Origin: an uncultured Alistipes sp. | GTDB taxonomy: Bacteria > Bacteroidota > Bacteroidia > Bacteroidales > Rikenellaceae | Length of the DNA: 64,000 nt | Reading direction: 5' to 3' | NCBI GenBank assembly: GCA_944322005.1 | Contig: CALUNL010000004.1 | Coordinates: 201,850-265,849, forward strand | Shown here: positions 60,265-64,000 of the stretch, piece after piece | Layout of the letters: the number at the start of each line of letters is the position of its first letter | How positions within the stretch are numbered: position 1 is the stretch's first letter | The notes under the pieces: generated by a model | Told to the model about the DNA's origin: nothing | Seen by the model: the letters and a program-made list of their open reading frames with translations, nothing else | Database searches by the model: none | Translations under genes and position numbers: made by a program

Positions 60265-62694
60265 ATGAAGAACACAAGAAAAGATACCGGACACTCCGCA
60301 CGCGGAGGGCGCGACAAGAGTTCCAGAGTCGTCAAATGGATGTGGGCCATCGCAATGACGCCGGTGGCGCTGCTCTTCCTGATGCTCTTTCTGACGGCCG
60401 TGGGCACATTCGGCCGCATGCCGTCGTTCGAGGAGCTCGAAAATCCGAAGAGCAACCTTGCCACCGAGATCTACGCCGACGACGGCAAGGTCATCGGCAG
60501 CTTCTTCGTACAGAACCGTTCGTACGTGCAGTACGACGACCTCTTCCCGCAGGACTCCACGCAGTGGCTGCGCATCTCGGGCCGCACGGTGCCGCCGCTC
60601 GCCGCCGCGCTCATCGCCACGGAGGACGTGCGCTTCTACAGCCATTCGGGCATCGACCTGCCCTCGCTCATACGCGTCGGCGTCAAGACCATCGCCCTGC
60701 AGCGCCACTCGCAGGGAGGAGGAAGCACCGTAACGCAGCAGCTGGCCAAGAACCTCTTCCCGAGAGACGGCTCGAGGGGCCAGGGACGGATAGTCCGCAC
60801 GGCAAAGCTCATCGTGTCGAAGTTCAAGGAGTGGATTACGGCCATAAAGCTCGAACACAACTACACCAAGGAGGAGATCGTGGCCATGTACCTCAACACG
60901 GTCGAATACGGCTCCAACTCCTTCGGCATAAAGTCGGCCGCCAACACCTTCTTCGGTAAGTCTCCGGACGAACTGAACCTGCAGGAGGCCGCCGTGCTGG
61001 TAGGCGTGGTGAACGCCCCGACGCGCTATTCGCCCGTCCGCAACCCGGAAAACGCACTGGCGCGCAGGAACCTCGTGCTGAAACGCGTGGCCGAGGCCGG
61101 ATGCATCACGCGCGAGCAGTGCGACTCAATATCCGCACTGCCCATAACGCTCAACTTCCGCCCCGTATCGCACAACTACGGACATGCGACCTACTTCCGC
61201 GAGATGCTCCGTCTGGTGATGACCGCCGACAGGCCGAAGCGCCGCCAGTTCCTCACGCAGTGGGATTACGAGCAGGCGTGCCGTGAATACGACGAGAACC
61301 CGCTCTACGGCTGGTGCCACAAGAACCACAAGGCCGACGGTTCGGAGTACAACATCTACCGCGACGGACTGAAGATATACACCACCATCAACGCATCGAT
61401 GCAGGAGTATGCCGAACAGGCCATACAGAAGCAGATGCAGACCGTCATCCAGCCGATGATGGACAAACAGGTGAAGGCCACGGGCGTGCTGTTCCAGAAG
61501 ACGGACGCTGAGGAAGCCGAGGCAATCGTGAAGCGCGCCATGCGCAACTCCGACCGCTTCCGCAACATGAAGGCGGCCGGTGTCGGCGAAAAGGAGATTT
61601 ACGCAAGTTTCCTGCGCAAGTGCCCGATGAAGGTGTTCACATACAGGGGTGAGCGCGACACGGTGATGACCCCGCGCGACTCCATTCTCCACCACAAGCG
61701 CATCATGCGCGCAAGCTTCGTTGCCATAGAGCCGCAGACGGGCAACGTCAAGGCCTATGTCGGCGGCCCGAACTTCCAGTACTTCAAGTACGACATGGCA
61801 AAGCAGGGCAAGCGCCAGATAGGCTCGACCGTCAAGCCGTTCGTCTACACCTTCGCCATCGACCACCTCGGAATGACACCGTGCACGATGGTGCCGAACC
61901 TTCCGGTGACCATAGAGACGGCCGCAGGCACTGCATGGTCGCCGAAGGAGGCCGGAAAGGTCGAATATGACGGAGTCCTGCACCCGCTCAAGTGGGGACT
62001 CGCCCACAGCCGCAACAACTACTCGGCATGGATAATGAAGCAGGCCAAGCAGCCGGAGGCCGTCGCCGACTTCATACACAACATGGGTGTGATGAGCTTC
62101 ATCGACCCGGTATACGCGCTGTGCCTCGGCACGTTCGAATCGAACGTCTTCGAACTTGCCAGCGCCTACTCGACATTCGCCAACGAGGGAGTGCACAACA
62201 CGCCGATATTCGTCACCCACATCGAGGACCGCCAGGGCAACCTCATCTCCACATTCTCGTCCAATTCGCAGGACGCCATAAGCAAGAATACGGCCTACAC
62301 GATGCTGACGATGCTCAAGAATGTCATCTCGAACGGCACCGGACGGCGCATGACATGGCAGTTCGGATTCACGGACATGGACATCGCCGGAAAGACCGGA
62401 ACCTCGAACGACAACCGCGACGCATGGTTCATGTGCATAACGCCGCGCCTTGTCGCCGGAGCCTGGGTGGGCGGCGAGGACCAGTCGGTGCACCTGCGAC
62501 GCAGCGGCGAGGGTTCGGTGATGGCACTGCCGATCGTCGGCGATTTCCTCACACGCGTATACAACGACCCTTCCATGCACATCAGGAAGACCGACACCTT
62601 CGTGCGTCCGCCGCTCTGGGAGGAGACCGACTGCGCCGACGAACAGGTTCCGGAGCAGTCATACCTGCAGGCGGGAGACGACTTTTTCGAATAG
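60265..62694 (+). CDS. mrcA: Class A penicillin-binding protein (PBP1A)
   Basis: ATEDVRF, GGGSTVTQQLAKNL, MYLN; transpeptidase STVK, SRN and KTGT. Confidence 0.92.
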   Translation: MKNTRKDTGHSARGGRDKSSRVVKWMWAIAMTPVALLFLMLFLTAVGTFGRMPSFEELENPKSNLATEIYADDGKVIGSFFVQNRSYVQYDDLFPQDSTQWLRISGRTVPPLAAALIATEDVRFYSHSGIDLPSLIRVGVKTIALQRHSQGGGSTVTQQLAKNLFPRDGSRGQGRIVRTAKLIVSKFKEWITAIKLEHNYTKEEIVAMYLNTVEYGSNSFGIKSAANTFFGKSPDELNLQEAAVLVGVVNAPTRYSPVRNPENALARRNLVLKRVAEAGCITREQCDSISALPITLNFRPVSHNYGHATYFREMLRLVMTADRPKRRQFLTQWDYEQACREYDENPLYGWCHKNHKADGSEYNIYRDGLKIYTTINASMQEYAEQAIQKQMQTVIQPMMDKQVKATGVLFQKTDAEEAEAIVKRAMRNSDRFRNMKAAGVGEKEIYASFLRKCPMKVFTYRGERDTVMTPRDSILHHKRIMRASFVAIEPQTGNVKAYVGGPNFQYFKYDMAKQGKRQIGSTVKPFVYTFAIDHLGMTPCTMVPNLPVTIETAAGTAWSPKEAGKVEYDGVLHPLKWGLAHSRNNYSAWIMKQAKQPEAVADFIHNMGVMSFIDPVYALCLGTFESNVFELASAYSTFANEGVHNTPIFVTHIEDRQGNLISTFSSNSQDAISKNTAYTMLTMLKNVISNGTGRRMTWQFGFTDMDIAGKTGTSNDNRDAWFMCITPRLVAGAWVGGEDQSVHLRRSGEGSVMALPIVGDFLTRVYNDPSMHIRKTDTFVRPPLWEETDCADEQVPEQSYLQAGDDFFE

Positions 62695-62721
62695 ACAAAC
62701 CGAATAAAACAGAACATAGAG

Positions 62722-63735
62722 ATGAAAGTAGCAGTAGTAGGCGCAAGCGGCGCCGTAGGACAGGAGTTTCTGAAGATACTCGAGGAGCACTCGTTCCCGA
62801 CGGACGAGCTTCTGCTCTTCGGTTCGGCACGCAGCGCAGGCTCCACGCGCATTTTCCGCGGACGGGAGCTCACCATACGCCAGTTGCAGGACAACGACGA
62901 CTTCAAGGGGGTGGATGTGGCGCTCGTATCGGCCGGAGCGGGCGTATCGCGCCAGTTCGCCTCGACAATAACACGTCACGGAGCGCTCATGATCGACAAT
63001 TCGAGCTGTTTCCGCATGGATGACGACGTGCCTCTGGTGGTTCCGGAGGTCAATCCGCAGGACGCCCTCAACGCCCCGCGAAGGATAATAGCCAACCCGA
63101 ACTGCACGACCATACAGATGGTCGTCGCGCTCAACGTCATAGAGAAACTGTCGCACATCCGCCGCGTGCACGTCTCGACATACCAGTCGGCAAGCGGCGC
63201 CGGAGCATCGGCCATGGCCGAACTCGAGCAGCAGCACGCCGACCTTGCGGGCGGACTCGAACCTAAGGTCGAGAAGTTTGCCTACCAGCTTGCATACAAC
63301 GTCATACCGCACATCGACGTCTTCACCGACAACGGCTACACCAAGGAGGAGATGAAGATGTACAACGAGACCCGCAAAATCATGCATTCGGACATCCGCG
63401 TCTCGGCGACATGCGTCCGCGTGCCCGTAATGAGGGCCCACTCGGAGAGCATCTGGGTGGAGACCGAGGAGCCGGTGTCGCCGGAACTCGCACGCGAGGC
63501 CTTCTCGAAGGCCGAAGGCGTTGTCGTGGTCGACGATCCGCTTGAGAAACAATACCCTATGCCGCTGTTCGTGGCAGGCCGCGAGCCGGTATACGTCGGC
63601 AGGATAAGGGCCGATATCACCGACCCGAACGGACTGACGTTCTGGTGCGTTGCCGACCAGATAAAGAAGGGAGCGGCACTCAACGCCATCCAGATTGCCG
63701 AGTGGCTCCTCCGCAACGGAGCCCTGAAGGGATGA
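62722..63735 (+). CDS. asd: Aspartate-semialdehyde dehydrogenase
   Basis: [40 protein letters not shown] and KKGAALNA. Confidence 0.97.
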   Translation: MKVAVVGASGAVGQEFLKILEEHSFPTDELLLFGSARSAGSTRIFRGRELTIRQLQDNDDFKGVDVALVSAGAGVSRQFASTITRHGALMIDNSSCFRMDDDVPLVVPEVNPQDALNAPRRIIANPNCTTIQMVVALNVIEKLSHIRRVHVSTYQSASGAGASAMAELEQQHADLAGGLEPKVEKFAYQLAYNVIPHIDVFTDNGYTKEEMKMYNETRKIMHSDIRVSATCVRVPVMRAHSESIWVETEEPVSPELAREAFSKAEGVVVVDDPLEKQYPMPLFVAGREPVYVGRIRADITDPNGLTFWCVADQIKKGAALNAIQIAEWLLRNGALKG

Positions 63736-63761
63736 GGGAAATGCCGATGACAATATTTTAT

Positions 63762-63793
63762 TTTGGTATTTCGTTAAATAATGTATAATTTTG
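63762..63793 (+). promoter_or_regulatory. bamD promoter
   Basis: TTTG (63762-63765), 20-nt spacer, TAATTTTG (63786-63793). Confidence 0.8.
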
Positions 63794-63813
63794 CACGAAT
63801 GATGTCATCACGG

Positions 63814-64000
63814 ATGGGTAGTGTATTTGCAATCAAACGTCTTATGACGTATGTCGCTCTGACGGCGGCCGTTGCACTGACGGCGGCCTCCTGTTCCAAG
63901 CAGAGCATAGGACGAATCGCCAAGAGCGGCGACAGAGAACTCATATACAAGACCGCCCTCAAATACTACGAGGAGGAGAAGTGGAAGCGCGCATCCGACC
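63814..64000 (+). CDS. bamD: Outer-membrane assembly lipoprotein BamD, 3'-truncated at the window edge
   Basis: Lipobox TAASC, then KSGDRELIYKTALKYYEEEKWKRA; start may be 63799, 63814 or 63844. Confidence 0.72.
   Translation, partial: MGSVFAIKRLMTYVALTAAVALTAASCSKQSIGRIAKSGDRELIYKTALKYYEEEKWKRASD

Noticed and set aside
130-63962. Many long overlapping or antisense ORFs in the six-frame track (e.g. 18204-20093, 29151-31061, 6292-7893, 47519-49825)
   Set aside because: Shadow frames of strongly biased GC-rich genes; Arg/Ala/Val-rich with no family motifs
1-64000. tRNA, rRNA, IS, integrase or prophage genes
   Set aside because: No cloverleaf with a TTC loop, rRNA signatures, or transposase, integrase or phage motifs seen

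Overview
A GC-rich (roughly 60% by eye) bacterial chromosome segment. The proteins and repeated TAnnTTTG promoter elements point to Bacteroidales, probably Rikenellaceae/Alistipes-like (inference). It is mostly a mosaic of about 50 housekeeping and envelope genes: cysS, thrS, asnS, infC, efp, greA, rpoN, queG, rlmH, nadE, pdxA, mdh, lysC/asd/dapD, murF, PBP1A, bamD, peptidases and outer-membrane proteins. I found no rRNA, tRNA, CRISPR array, transposase, integrase or reverse transcriptase. The main anomaly is a lower-GC accessory cassette at about 26.35-28.5 kb. There, a consensus promoter precedes a ~250-nt non-coding leader that folds into an extensive multi-stem RNA, followed by two secreted proteins that share an N-terminal domain but have different C-termini. 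The cassette abuts a thrS-infC operon that lacks rpmI-rplT. Other notable items: an 85-nt tandem repeat in which each unit is a complete promoter, a catalytically dead GH2 paralog, an orphan DUF4435/AriB-like TOPRIM protein, an HExxH-propeller-barrel outer-membrane protein, a greA leader attenuator and a luxE-licD-GT2 operon. Family assignments come from motifs recognised by eye; no database searches were run.
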